From Tubiluchus corallicola (Eukaryota > Animalia > Priapulida): a stretch of 64,000 nt of DNA. Shown piece after piece: positions 39,001 through 49,565 of the stretch. Under the pieces are notes generated by a model. The model was not told where the DNA came from. It was given only the letters and a program-made list of their open reading frames with translations, and did no database searches. Made by a program: the position numbers and the translations under genes. Location of the stretch: assembly GCA_030141605.1 (NCBI GenBank), contig JAQGDQ010000700.1, positions 1-64,000 on the forward strand. Reading direction: 5' to 3'. The first letter of the stretch is position 1, and each line of letters opens with the position of its first letter.

Positions 39001-41715
39001 GTGTTACGTCAATGAATAACCAGGTACTTTGTTAAAGCTGAGTAGACCTAGGGAGGTAGCCAGAAAGCTCCGATCGGATGCTGTTTGATTTTATATGAAG
39101 ATACGTTTAAATCAGGCTTACGTATTGAAGGACATGTTTGTAATGTGTACTACAAGGTTACATCTGATTTTTCAATTTGTGGTTTGTAATTTGAAATTTC
39201 GTAATTTCAATTAACATTACTGTCTGCTGTTGCAGTGAACATTTACAAGAGATGCAGGGAGGTGTATTCGTTGCAGTGGAGACACCAGAAGCACCCAAAA
39301 CTGGATTTTTCAAGGGTCTGTTTGGTGGCAACACACAAGTAGTAGATCGTGGTGAACTTTGTAAGTAGTTTAAAAGTTTCGGAGATTCTGTTGCTACCGT
39401 AACCATTTCTGTGGAAACACTGGGTGATGAATCACTTCTGTCGGTTTTTTGCTCCCAATTTCTTGGGCATCTCTCCATGTGATTCCCAAGTCCCGCACAT
39501 CTGTACTGTCTAAAATTGGCTTCGAACTGCAGCCGAAATTGGCTTGTCACAGTTACCGCAAAAGAGATCATGAATGTGTTTTTTTCTCAATGTTGCTGTG
39601 CATTGGTGCTTGCTATACTGTGCATCTTTTTTCTGGTCACTTTTACTCCATTTACTTGTCCTTGACTTGTGTAGTGCATGGACTGTTTTGTAGAGATGGT
39701 TGGGGGCATGTTAAATGATAGGATGCCTGTACTTTGTGCTTCATGCTGGTAATATCCAGCTGCTGATATTATATTCTGTCTTCATAAACTGACTGTCCAA
39801 CTGCTTGCAATATTATGGCAAGTTTTGCTGAAATCAGTTTCATAAGCACCTTCTTCAAGTTACAAATAATACGTCAGTGACAATAATTCATGATCCTATT
39901 TACACAATGTGTATGAATGGAGTAGGTCATTTGCTTAAGTACTCTCTTAAATATCTTTCCATCCGAGCCAGGGAAGTTGAGACGCAATTTTACGGTGACT
40001 AGATCATACTAATGTTTTTGAAACGGCAAACTCATACTTTCGTTTCAATTGATAGCAATTGTTTCCTGTTGTATTTAATACTAATTATTTCATTTTTAGT
40101 TGGTGAATCAAACAGCGGCAAAGCATCGCGTACTGTCGCCCAGTATACACCAGGTAGAGCTATCATAGACAATGCACAGGCTAAAGCCGGAACAGCCGCA
40201 GCGGAAATTGGCAAAGCTAGAATGGTAAGCTATGCATTAGTTTTTTGACTGTGAACTCGGGTCATGTAAATTGCTGCAACAGCTCTGCGAAGGTTAGTTC
40301 TAAATGTTCTTAGCACCACTGTAGTATTAATGCTGTTGTACAACATTACCTCTGTTGTATTAGTGTCAGAAGTAATGCTAGAAATGCGACAAATGAACGT
40401 GCAATATGGCGATGTTGAATATGAACATTGTTATAGAGGCAACAAATACTAATCTAATGGTGAACATCGAACGAGTCTTTTATTTCGAATCTAAAATTGT
40501 GGACTTGAATAATTCAACGTTCCTGTTACATTCATTCTTGACCATTAAAACATTTAAAGTATCGTGCAGGCAGAACAATTTAGCTGCGATTTCCGTGCAC
40601 TTTTTTAGCAAAAACCATTGCTTGTTCTTACCGTAGAACAAAAGCAATATGCACAATCTTTGCAAGCTGCTATAAAACGATAATAAGTAGTAAGAGTCGC
40701 AATTATCTGGTTAGCGTTGGCAATGAGCAATTGTCAGCAGTCTACATTGCTGGTCGTGTTGTGATAATTTCGAAAATTTTTGCTTTGTCTGAGGTGCAAA
40801 TGCCCTGTAAAAGCAAGTGCCTAACCAGTTTTGGTGTTTTTTGTTTTTTGAGTTTAATAAGTCATCAGTGGCCACTTGCAAGATGTACAATAAACATAAA
40901 AAAACGTGTGATGAGTGTAATGTGAAACATACTAAAAACAGCGAGAAAAAGTACACTAATATAGTATAATGAAGCCATTTTTACGAATTCTTAATTTTAG
41001 CTACATTAATCAACATTTAAGTGACCTAGAGTGACAATGTAGAGCACAGCCTTCGTCAACTCAGAATTAAATTACACCAATTCGGACACTGAATTTGTAT
41101 TTGGTTTGAATTCGGAGTACTGAAATTCGATACGATTCGCATTCGAAAACCAAAAATTAGATTCGATTCAAATTTAATTTCTGATAGTGTTTACTCACCG
41201 TTGCTTACAGCAGTTTGACCACTTGGATATCCTAGTGAGTGTTTTTCAATGAAACAGCATGGTATTTTATGTTCAGTGGCAACTGCGTAAGACAAATGAT
41301 AGATCCTAAAAAAACACAACTTTATTTCTTAATGTGAAATTAAATAAAGCACACCGTTGTTTCTACGGCCACAAAATCAAAGCGAGCAACAATGTCTGTC
41401 TGGTAGATCGCATCACCTTCTAAAGACATTTCGATATTGCTTTACATGAATTACAAACTTTTTTGTATTTCACCTATTTAACACAAAAGATTTTTTGCTA
41501 TATGCCTTGTGCATCGTTATCTAGTTATATTTTCCTTTTGGTACAATCGGTGTGAATATTTCTGTAAATTCTTTCAGGCATTGATAGAGCGAGGAGAAAA
41601 ACTCAGCGACGTCGAAGAACGGACGGCGAGAATGCTCGCTAACGCTGAAAACTATGCACAGGGGGCGCATCAAGTCATGCTAAAGTACAAGGACAAGAAA
41701 TGGTATCAGTGGTGA
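2479..41715 (+). CDS. STXBP5: Tomosyn / syntaxin-binding protein 5 (WD40 double beta-propeller, Lgl-like, C-terminal R-SNARE); whole gene span
   Basis: Exons joined through GT-AG sites with consistent phases give hallmark segments MKRFNFGKVLDG, VRHGFP, LPFQSKWLYIGTERGN, FENPYPMDVHESPV, ITGHADGSVKFWDAS, SRSRSSS, PCLWVGTSLGS, GFFKGLFGG and the R-SNARE ERGEKLSDVEERT...KYKDKKWYQW*. The constitutive exons total 3269 nt; adding one 3n+1 hypervariable exon gives about 1137-1393 aa. Confidence 0.97.
2977..3074 (+). CDS. STXBP5: tomosyn exon 2
   Basis: VVRHGFPFQPTALAYDPIQHLLAIGTRNGSLR; donor GTATCTTT (U12-like). Confidence 0.92.
3075..4106 (+). other. U12-type (minor spliceosome) GT-AG intron
   Basis: 5' splice site GTATCTTTT; branch TTCCTTGAC at 4084-4092 with the branch A 15 nt from the 3' AG; no long polypyrimidine tract; phase 2. 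Confidence 0.85.
4107..4188 (+). CDS. STXBP5: tomosyn exon 3
   Basis: FGRPGVDCHMRHDSDASVIQLVFLVNE. Confidence 0.92.
5240..5340 (+). CDS. STXBP5: tomosyn exon 4
   Basis: GALVSVCADDSLHLWSLRQKHPALLHSLKFNRE. Confidence 0.92.
6742..6876 (+). CDS. STXBP5: tomosyn exon 5
   Basis: ITYCHLPFQSKWLYIGTERGNVHVVNVEEFQLSGYIISWNKAIE. Confidence 0.93.
8773..8920 (+). CDS. STXBP5: tomosyn exon 6
   Basis: TRKTHPGPVVHLSDSPIDAAKLLIGFETG...NYSE. Confidence 0.92.
9818..9941 (+). CDS. STXBP5: tomosyn exon 7
   Basis: GLRSISWNSDGKQFMCSHNDGSLTTWNLKSPCKPVSAVTPH. Confidence 0.92.
11627..11705 (+). CDS. STXBP5: tomosyn exon 8
   Basis: KPAKDGGKTESCKPIIKVEWKTARSG. Confidence 0.88.
11774..12757 (-). mobile_element. Tc1/mariner-type MITE family copy A, interrupted by a SINE
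   Basis: TA-flanked; ends GAGTCTAATAAATGGCACCTACTG|TA; homologous to 20598-21199, 29518-30141 and 35492-36432. Confidence 0.7.
12390..12655 (-). mobile_element. tRNA-derived SINE nested in the MITE
   Basis: Minus strand: CTAGTGGTAATGCG...GAGTTCGATAC (Pol III A/B-box-like), core AAAGGCTTTAAAAATGGTACCGCTG, (TTA)n tail. Confidence 0.65.
14235..14389 (+). CDS. STXBP5: tomosyn exon 9
   Basis: DSFIVFSGGLTYGKAGRTPCLTVMHGKSTTVLEMEDKIIDFVCLCETPFSC. Confidence 0.93.
14423..14757 (+). mobile_element. tRNA-derived SINE with compound microsatellite tail
   Basis: A box TGGCATAGCTCAGTGG, B box GGTTCAACTCC, core CCAAAGACTTAAAAATAATACCGCTG shared with the 12390-12655 copy; (GTT)n(GCT)n(ACC)n at 14635-14757. 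Confidence 0.7.
15704..15776 (+). CDS. STXBP5: tomosyn exon 10
   Basis: LQDPYAIAVLLNSDLVVLDLTSSG. Confidence 0.9.
16604..16751 (+). CDS. STXBP5: tomosyn exon 11
   Basis: YPCFENPYPMDVHESPVSCVSYMADCPTDLIPALFSVGTRQKRSGFSDK. Confidence 0.94.
17016..17124 (+). CDS. STXBP5: tomosyn exon 12
   Basis: EWPITGGEWGSASCSYPELLITGHADGSVKFWDASS. Confidence 0.94.
18220..18416 (+). CDS. STXBP5: tomosyn exon 13
   Basis: MLQVLYKLKTSRLFD...EDPFAIEK...AGVSGQVILFTFNKQESTAEIP. Confidence 0.93.
19478..19578. repeat. About 26-bp tandem repeat x4
   Basis: Unit TGAGTCAGTGGTGCACACTGGGAAGG. Confidence 0.8.
19766..19918 (+). CDS. STXBP5: tomosyn exon 14
   Basis: CLEFSIVYEVNDESDALDVD...ADETQQ; strong acceptor and GTAAGT donor; phases fit. 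Confidence 0.88.
20398..20549 (+). CDS. STXBP5: tomosyn exon 15
   Basis: AEAIRTLVKIKTGPQKRLPGYHAELVCLLQHHNGEPPPVVTSLTLNSSYG. Confidence 0.9.
20598..21199 (+). mobile_element. Tc1/mariner-type MITE family copy B
   Basis: TA|CAGTAGGCGCCATTTAATAGACTCAC ... GTGAGTCTATTAAGAGGCGCATACTG|TA: terminal inverted repeats with TA target duplication. Confidence 0.8.
21281..21369 (+). CDS. STXBP5: tomosyn exon 16
   Basis: LAFGNDCGLAIVDYIQKTVLLKMGTPDLY. Confidence 0.93.
21665..22005. repeat. About 140-bp tandem repeat (about 2.5 copies)
   Basis: CATTAACCTTTGTGTTCACTAT and TGTTCACAAAAAAGATTGTAGGC are repeated. Confidence 0.75.
22027..22157 (+). CDS. STXBP5: tomosyn exon 17 (start of hypervariable loop)
   Basis: GSGDPYQRALK...RCRSPIIDQ, phase-0 donor. 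Confidence 0.85.
24170..25082 (+). CDS. STXBP5: tomosyn large alternative hypervariable exon (913 nt; Ser/Thr/Lys/Pro-rich)
   Basis: TTTCAG acceptor in phase 0, 304 open codons (part of ORF 24086-25099), GTAGGT donor in phase 1; read-through gives a stop at 25099. Confidence 0.7.
25692..25836 (+). CDS. STXBP5: tomosyn alternative hypervariable exon (145 nt)
   Basis: SDTTSIPSPTAASRASQKRLLMQRSRSQGGTSHRISKSHSVTPDEENE; phase 0 to 1. Confidence 0.65.
28842..28901 (+). CDS. STXBP5: tomosyn candidate 60-nt cassette exon
   Basis: GCTAACCCTAAC branch region, CAG acceptor, VRPLAPTTTVVENNAPVVK, AG|GTACTG donor; phase 1 to 1. Confidence 0.55.
29518..30141 (-). mobile_element. Tc1/mariner-type MITE family copy C
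   Basis: Ends TTTATTAAATGACGCCCACTG|TA; internal homology to copies A, B and D. Confidence 0.7.
30972..31176 (-). mobile_element. Harbinger-like MITE family copy 2 (degenerate)
   Basis: GCGAGTTACTTGGTGAGAAAATTCGCTAGTCTGAATGCGCC is the reverse complement of the copy 1 left end. Confidence 0.6.
31383..31499 (+). CDS. STXBP5: tomosyn exon after the hypervariable region
   Basis: KTDNQISRSRSSSSSSLDNITSEAVQLLTFAESFTKKA; phase 1 to 1. Confidence 0.92.
32170..32289 (+). CDS. STXBP5: tomosyn exon
   Basis: TFTCPCLWVGTSLGSVLLIVLTLPPSGERSSQPVIVSPS. Confidence 0.94.
32953..33082. repeat. (AAT)n/(GAT)n microsatellite
   Basis: Direct reading. Confidence 0.9.
33201..33356 (+). CDS. STXBP5: tomosyn exon
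   Basis: TILRLKGAIQCISFLDSMGTLVPPECEPWLD...QRSA. Confidence 0.92.
33738..34163. mobile_element. hAT-like non-autonomous element rich in TTCGAA motifs
   Basis: TAGGGGTAAGCAT ... ATGCTCACCGTA imperfect inverted termini; a related right-end fragment lies at about 41075-41202. Confidence 0.5.
34533..34718 (+). CDS. STXBP5: tomosyn exon
   Basis: NRPRLSPSESMDLAIDKQYVVLCSEKQIRVLSLPSH...VHLSNL. Confidence 0.92.
   Translation: MTDLGSRHLNQWIWRLINSMSSCVRKNKFGFFLSLPMLVPSNAASVRSRTLYAPKSFISVI
35492..36432 (-). mobile_element. Tc1/mariner-type MITE family copy D
   Basis: Ends GGGTCTAATAAATGGCGCCCACTG|TA; left end TA|CACTAGGCACTGCTTATAAGACTCAC. Confidence 0.7.
36464..36572 (+). CDS. STXBP5: tomosyn exon
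   Basis: SSVLVCYVADGRVMVFSLPSLRQVLCVPYHPLTDL. Confidence 0.92.
36900..37365 (+). mobile_element. Decayed 3' fragment of an RTE-type non-LTR retrotransposon
   Basis: Frameshifted LETKVWILSTLYEPVFLY / AELWTIKVKQQKEIDAFQRRLCRRLLGIKWIDKISNVDLY, typical of the region C-terminal to the RT domain in RTE elements; same family as 59050-59400. Confidence 0.7.
37638..37733 (+). CDS. STXBP5: tomosyn exon
   Basis: IARTFQISNNGHAVHMCSPTEIQKITYTVEI. Confidence 0.93.
37805..38072. repeat. About 67-bp tandem repeat x4
   Basis: Unit AAATGTACATAACTTTTATACATGACCAAGATCAGAATGTTTTTCATACAGGTAATAATTTTTT. Confidence 0.85.
39236..39360 (+). CDS. STXBP5: tomosyn exon
   Basis: EHLQEMQGGVFVAVETPEAPKTGFFKGLFGGNTQVVDRGEL. 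Confidence 0.94.
40100..40224 (+). CDS. STXBP5: tomosyn exon
   Basis: GESNSGKASRTVAQYTPG...AAEIGKARM. Confidence 0.93.
41578..41715 (+). CDS. STXBP5: tomosyn last coding exon (R-SNARE motif)
   Basis: ALIERGEKLSDVEERTARMLANAENYAQGAHQVMLKYKDKKWYQW*. Confidence 0.96.
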   Translation, partial: ALIERGEKLSDVEERTARMLANAENYAQGAHQVMLKYKDKKWYQW

Positions 41716-44700
41716 TGTGTTTAATCGACGTCATGACCAGCACTGGAGACTCGCAATTGATCAAACTGAACATCAGGCCAGTACCGCACAAAAGTGGGAA
41801 TACTCGCACTGGTCATAATAATATCAGCATCTTTGTTACTCTGCTTAATGGCAGAATTACTTATCTTTATTGTAGCGCTCTTGCACGCAACGCTGTGCTT
41901 TTGCTGTGGTGGGAACAAGGCAATCTTTGCTACATTTTATTGTAAGAGGAGCCAAAGAATTGTAAAATGCAGTCAGGTACACTTGTTAGCAGCAGCTGCC
42001 ATGTACAGTAAAAAACGGTGGTAAAAAACGGAATATTTAAGTTTTTAAGCCAATTATTTGTAATCATTATGGTTTATGGTGGCTGCCAGTATGGTTATAA
42101 GACTTGCAAGTAATTGCTATCTGTAAGTGATTGCCTTATATTGATATATTGAATTTTAGCAGGCCTAGCGTATTAGTTAATACTAGATTGTTTTGCATTG
42201 AGTGATGTCATAAAAGCAATTTGAATTTTAAATTGCACTGTGAAAGCAGTTAGGTCGAGAAAAGTTCCCAAAATGAACGAAGGACCAAGTAGTTGCTCTA
42301 CTAAAATGTTTGTTTTGAAGATTAACTTCCATATTGATACAGGAAATGTTTTGAAGCCAGTTCTTTCATTTATGACATTCCATCTTTACTGCAAACAGTG
42401 GTTTCTCTGTTGTGACTTGTAGTCAAAGCGAGCTTGAATTTTGACTTTAGACTGTGTTTGGTACATTGCTGGTATTTCTTTCGCTCATTTAAGAGTTTAC
42501 TAATTGCAGTTTAAACATTGACAAATTTTTTTGTCACACCAGGAGTGAAACACATTTTATCACATTAGTCTTCTAGACTTGAGGATAAGATTTAAACTTC
42601 TTGTAACTGAAGTTGGCAACCCTTCATAAAACTCTCAGTGTTTCGTTGTTGTTGCACTTTGCTGTACGTGTTTGAGCATGGCTTCCTCATCATATAGCTG
42701 GTGCCACACATTGTGTATGTCTGGCCAATAAACCTGCAGTGAAATGTCGTCAACTGATTTTATACTTGAAAACTGTAACTAATATATATATATACATATG
42801 CATATATACACATGTTACTTAGCTATTTAGAACTGCTTTGTCGTCATAGAAACGCGTGTGCATCTGTTTTTAGTGGTTAGCGCAGCATCTTGTTAACAAG
42901 CTTTGTAAATTGTTTTCGTTGTTATTGAATAGTTGCTCATTTGTTAGCGTAGGTGCGCTGGTGGTTTACACGTGCTCGATGTTGTAGAAGTTGTAGGAGA
43001 ACTTTGTTACCTGTTGCCCCGTATGTAAATATTGTTGTTAGTCATTCCACGTTTCCAGGTGGACTTTCTCTCTTTTTGTATTGTAGAAGTGAAAGAAAGT
43101 GTTTGATCGCTGCGTTTCGGTCAGCGACCCCCGCGTTTACAGCCAAATTTTTGCTTTTTTTGTATGCAGAAATCTTAAGTCAGCATTTGGTCGTGCTTTG
43201 CACCCACAGCTGTCTGTGTAATAGATGTTTATTGCGGCCACAAGTAGAAGCTAAAATTGGTGCTAGTTATCGGAAAATTCGAATAGATTTATCAAAAGTT
43301 TCTAGCTGTGGTATGAGTCATAGACGGACTCTCCCTTTTTTCTGTATTGTAAATTGCCAAGTTATAGCAAAGCGTCTAACAACAAATATTAGATAGATAT
43401 TATGGCTTATATCAAAAATAGGCTAGATAACTCAGTAAAATCAATAGAATGGTCTGAGGAGTTTGTTCTTTTAAGTTTTGTGACATTTCGCTTTCACGCA
43501 GAAATCTTCAGATGTTGTAATAATTTTGAGATCTGTTTTGTATTAGTCCTACCTTAAGGTATTTAGTTCCTAAACTTAGTAAGTAACATCTAGTTAGACC
43601 GTTTCTACTCTGACGTTTGCAGATTTTTCTGGTCATTGGTGGACAAAGCAGCTTCACAGTTTCATGTGGTCACTTGGTATTGTCTCCTTGTGCATTACAG
43701 TTTTTTTCTGTTAGAGTACTCTGGTCAGCTAATCATCTGGTCACTTAACTCCGAATTAAAAGTGCGAGTGCTAACAAGACAAGTTTTGTCGCAATTTTGA
43801 ATCTCCATGTTATTAGTTTTTTCTTCCACGTGATTTAGAGAAGTTCTCTTCTTTTAGATTTTGGATGCATAATTGATACTGATTTGCTCTGCTAAAGTAT
43901 CACTATTTCCTTACTAAGACAAGTTGTTATCCAAAAAGTGCTTGAAAAGTCAGTTACTTACACTATTTCACATTTTTGGAACACTGTCTGACAGTCTCTA
44001 TACTGCTCGTCGTATGAAAAAATATAAATTGCAAATTGGATGGTTAAGTGTGTTTGTTGATTTGTGTGAGTCAGTCTGACTGGTTACTGTTAAAGATTAA
44101 CGAGGTTAAAAAAAATAATTAGCATAAGAGTTAGTATTGTGAACTATATGACATCTGTTCTCAGCACACCTAGCTGTGATTTGGTTTATTTAGAAAAGGT
44201 ATATTGAGTTTTACCTGTAGGTATATTATTTGTACATCTTAGTCAAATCTTGCTGCTGTGATTCATTTATTATGTTCAATTTCAGAACTTCAGAGGTTCG
44301 TAATGCATAAATTTGTTACCGAATAGCCACTATTTCTATTTATAAAACATAGTTTATCGTGATTTTTTTTGTATTTATTATAGCTACACGGTTTTGTTGA
44401 TTTGGTTTCCTTGTGTGCGTGGTGCTTTCCGCTGTCTACTAAACAAATATATTTTTTCTAGTCGAAACAGTGCGCCATGTACAACAGCTAGACATTGTCT
44501 GCACATTTGTTGTTGTTACAGCCTGTTAACAGCGTGTTGTTTGTTGTTAAATTTGATAGAGAGTTATGTTAGTTTTTGTTCAAAACTTAGTAACAATGTA
44601 AAGCAGTATGTCGTACTATTTAGTAGACCATCTGCATACTCAAACATTCATGAGGTAATATGCTCTTGCTTCACTGAAGCACTAACGGGTTTCCCGCACC

Positions 44701-45494
44701 TTTTCTGTTACACTCTTCTGATGATGTGCAATCTTTTGAAACTAGTGCATGCTGCACATAGCTTGGATCGCTTCACGTGATTATAGGCCCATTGACAATG
44801 CAACCTACTTAATTTTGGGCAGTAGTGATCATATTTATCCTCTTCTTGCAGAGTTGGTCAATTGCAATAGTATTTATCATGCGAATGTGCTTGAGTATTT
44901 AGTCGATTTGCATATTTATATGTTAACAAAATGTTATGATATTTTTAATAACCATAAATTAATAAGGATGAAGTTATTTATGTTTATATTAGGAACAGTA
45001 TACAGTTATACTGACGTACGATGTAGTGATAACTTATATAACGTAGGGTTTTGATGTCAATAACGTTATTTATGCTCCGCGTTGGAAAAATGTACTTTGT
45101 AAATTTAGGATTTTTGCTAGGGTTTCAATGTGTACAATATAGCATTGTCAAATGTGGAAATTATATATGTAGTAGAGTGTTACTGTTAGATAAAGAACTT
45201 GCGTTTACTCTGTCCATTTATTGTAGGAAAGAAAAATGCTGATACATGTATCTCTATCAACTGTGAAAATTGTTATAGTTGGTACTAGAAAAGTTCTACA
45301 TTCATAAATGCTGCAATCTAAATCTTGTTTAGATAGGGACTCCAAGAGAGGTTACACCCACTCCAAACATTAGGTAAACAATTATACTTCCATTAGTTAA
45401 AAAATGTACATTGTGTAAAATGACAAGTGAGTCTGATTATTAGGAGTATGGAATTTGTGTTTTAGCTAATCTTAGAGAAGAGCATTTTTACAAG

Positions 45495-46500
45495 TTACAG
45501 TGTGCAAACTGTTGATGTTGGAGAAGACAGTGTGCAAATAGTTGATGCTAGAGAAAAGTTTGCAATCAGTTGATGTTAGAGAAGAAAGTGTGCGAGCAGT
45601 TGATGTTAGAGGAGACAGTGTACAAACTGTTGATGTTAGAGAAGACAGTTTGGAAACAGTTGATGTTGGAGAAGAAAGTGTGCAAACTGTTGATGCTAGA
45701 GAAAAGTTTGCAAGCAGTTGATGTTAGAGAAGAAAGTGTGCGAGCAGTTGATGTTAGAGGAGACAGTGCACAAACTGTTGATGTTAGATAAGACAGTTTG
45801 GAAACAGTTGATGTTGGAGAAGAGGGTTTGCAAGCACTTGGTGTTAGAGAAGAAAGTGGGGAAACTGTTGATGTTGGAGAAGAAAGTGTGCAAAATGTTA
45901 TTAGAGAAGAAAGTGTACAAACAGTTGGATGTTAGAGAAGAGAGTTTATAAATCATTGATGTTAGAGATACGTTTATAAGCAGTTTATGCTAAAGAAGAA
46001 AGTGTGTGATCTTCTGCTAGAGAAGGTATGCAAACAGTTGATGTTATAGGAGAGGGTTTGCAAGCACCTGATGTTAGAGAAGAAAGTGGGGAAACAGTTG
46101 GTGTTAGAGAAGAAAGTAGGGAAACAGTTGATGTTAGAAAAGAGAGTGTGCAAACAGTGCTAGAGAAGAAAGTGTGCAAACAGTTAATGTTAGAGAAGAA
46201 AGTTTGCGAGTAGCTGATGTTAGAGAAGAGAGTGTGCAATCAGTTGATGTTAGAGAAGAGAGCTTGCGAGTAGCTGATGTTAGAGAAGAGAGTTTGCAAT
46301 CAGCTTATGTTAGAGAAGAGAGCTTGCGAGTAGCTGATGTTAGAGAAGAGAGTTTGCAATCAGCTTATGTTAGAGAAGAGAGTTTGCAATCAGCTTATGT
46401 TAGAGAAGAGAGTTTGCAATCAGCTTATGTTAGAGAAGAGAGTGTGCAATCAGTTGATGCCAGAGAAAAATTTTTACAGGCAGCTGATGTTTGAGAAGAA
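45495..46500. repeat. 30-bp minisatellite (about 33 degenerate units)
   Basis: Consensus close to TGTGCAAACAGTTGATGTTAGAGAAGAAAG; the 3' part is homogenised as AGTTTGCAATCAGCTTATGTTAGAGAAGAG. Confidence 0.92.
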
Positions 46501-48506
46501 CGTTGCTTGCCAAACCCCGCAAAGAATGTACGTAAACTGTTTAATATTGTTAGAGTATTGTAAATAACGTTTTGATTTTTTCGTTGTTGAAAAAAGTTGA
46601 TTTGCTATCGTAAGTGAACTATGTTGGCACACAGTATAAGCTTATTGTTAGTACAATATTGTATGCGAGTGCAATGTCATCAGCTTTAGGCATTAAAACT
46701 AAATTTAATTATTGTAATTAATACTGTGATATATAATAACATTTAAGCTGGAAGTAAGATAGCAGCTATACTTTGGTGATCTCAATGTAACAATTTAGCA
46801 GAAGCTTGGTATCTAACATTTAATTCTAATTAATTGGAATATCGGATTAATTATATTAATGAGCTAAGTCCAGGCAACCAGTAAACAACTACTACCCTGG
46901 TACATCAACTTCAAAATTAAAACACTGTTATAACTATTAATGATGAATCAATACTGTATGTTATTAATTGTTATAATTATGGTTAATAATAGTATGTGAA
47001 CAAATTGTGTTCCAAGTTATTTCAGGTTTAATTAATGCGGTACTTGTACAATCATTCCAAAGTGGGACCAAATTGTTGATTGGGATTTTTTATTTGCTTC
47101 ATTCCCTGACTTTTATGATTCTGTAAATGCGAATTTTTGTTAGAACATAAAATTTGTGATTTGGTAGATGCAAAACGTGCCAGCTTGACAATACGAATAA
47201 ATTTCAACATTGTTTTTTTTTGCACAAATTTGTACAAATCTGTACTAGGTCAAAGCAAGATTTAGCAAGCTCGTGCTCAAGTCTGCATCAAGAAATAAAT
47301 CTTCATTCTGTTTACGTGGTGTTAGCAGTTAATTATAATTGGTGCTTCAGCAGTTCATTGGGAATTTTTACTTTAAATAACCCATTGTCAACATTATTGT
47401 TAGATTGACTTAGTGATTCCAAGTTGTTGAAAGTCCTACCTAAGCAACATGACCCGGGTTAGGTCAAAGGTCGTATGTATGATTTTTGACATTCACTGGA
47501 CGTTTACATACATTAGTCACGTGATTAGAAAGGTGACTGAATAAATCAGCAACACTGACCTTGACTAGGTGAAAGGTCACACCAACTACATTTGCAGAGT
47601 GCAATATTGATCTTTAAAGATCAAAGTTCATTGAGTAGAACAATACCGATCTTGACAAGTAGTCAAATGAGCGGTGGAATTAAATGCAGCAACCAGATCA
47701 ATGGTAAATCACACTGCTCTGTATTAGAAAAGTACGCAGTCCCGTGTTAGATTGTAGCGAAGTATTTTGCACTGTGTGGTGATCAGATAATGTCCCCTAA
47801 CATGTATGTGTTCATGTATCCCGTTGAAAATGCTATGTATAATGTGATGAATATATTAAATATTGTTGAAGTAAAACTATTGTAACAATGCTAAAGAAAT
47901 AAAACCAAATCTTGCCCAGTTACTGTTCTTTTTTCTGTGTCATAGCTGATCTTTCGAAAGGAACTAGTCTGGAATGCAAAGGAGTGTGATACACTTATTG
48001 ATTTTTTTCTGGCATTTATGTCATTTACAACTATAGCGTCGTCACATAATCTGTTTTTATTGAATGCGCCATTTAGTGTAGTCATTGGATTTTTTATGAA
48101 ACTGTAGAATACGGAGAACTCTATTGTGACGCCACGATATTAAAAACTGGTAAAAACTCATTACACGAATCAGAAGAATAGCATCACTGCAACACAGACC
48201 TCTTTATAGAGTTACTTCCAAGCAACTAATGCAATAATATCTGCCGAGCTGATATACGCATATGAGATGTGACAGAGATGAAGGTAATAGTGGGAAGCTG
48301 TTTGTCACTTACAAATAAAATTAATTAAATTATATGTGATAAACATTTACTGCAGGCTTTTTAGGTAAGAAAGCAAATAGTAATTTCCCATATACTCGTT
48401 AAAATCAGCAATTCAGGAATGGTTTGTTCAACTTGTGTATTAATGATGTTACTTGTGCATACACATATTTTTTGTGTTAACTAGTTTCTAAGGAAAAATT
48501 AATACA

Positions 48507-48769
48507 GCGCGTTCAGACTAGCGAGTTTTCTCGCCAAGTAACTCGCGCGTTCGTACTAGAGAGCAAAACTTGTTGCGAGTTACTTTCCGACAGTAAGCTT
48601 GAGCTAACACTCACTGTAAGAAGTGTCGAGAGTAACTCGCCAATGCATGCATTCAGACTGGACAGCAATAATCGGAGAGTTTGCAATAACTTGCCGACAG
48701 TAACTCGCAAAGCAGTTCACACTTGTGAGTTTGCTGTCAGAGAGATTGCTCGCTAGTCTTAACACGCAG
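48507..48769 (+). mobile_element. Harbinger-like MITE family copy 3
   Basis: GCGCGTTCAGACTAGCGAGTTTTCTCGCCAAGTAACTCGC ... CTCGCTAGTCTTAACACGC. Confidence 0.7.
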
Positions 48770-49378
48770 TTAACAACATGTTTTTATCAAAACGTTTCGT
48801 GCTCAGCAACGAATATTTCTCTGGGAGAGTCTGAAAAAGATAAAAAAATAAACAGTAAATTTTGCATTTTTCACTGAAAGTCCTTTTTTTTCACAAGTAA
48901 AGTACCTATTTGTGATAAACAATGTTGCATTTTTGAATATAATTGAAGTTACATTGTTGGTTTCTCAGCTAGAAAAAGAGATCTCTTATAACTTATACCT
49001 GAAGTTCGCTATGAACGATGGCAATCTAATCAGGGTAACGACCTCCAAGCCCTGCTCCTATGGGCAAAAACCTGTTTGTGGTCTATGATCTGTGTCTACG
49101 CCGTATTTTTAGTTAAAATGGCTGGTTTTACAGGTAAGTTCAGTATGAACCTGCCGGGAACAACAATATCATGTGCAAAATGGATTAGTGGTAATATTGT
49201 TATACGTCAGACATGTTTATTATTCTAATGTGGTGCAGTTGGGTGTGCAATAAAAAGATGCAAGAACAAAATGCAACAGGTAAAAATGGCACAGGTGTTA
49301 ATAACAAGCTAAATGCGACACAGAAAAATGGTGCAAATGGTGCACTTAATTAAGTTAAATTAATGATGTGCTTAGATG

Positions 49379-49529
49379 TAGGAATAGTGTCGAGGGTAGT
49401 AATTATTTTAACGATTTTTTATTATTAAAATTATTTGTATATATGTATATACATACATACATACATACATACATACATACATACATACATACATGCATGC
49501 ATGCATGTATGTATGTATGTATGTATGTA

Positions 49530-49565
<36 letters not shown>

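Noticed and set aside
41713-41724. Stop-codon readthrough of tomosyn
   Set aside because: TGA is followed by TGT GTT TAA; no CUAG context and only a trivial extension.
42953-45242. ORFs of 147, 128 and 101 aa after tomosyn
   Set aside because: Non-ATG or weak starts, composition typical of U-rich UTR, no recognisable motifs.
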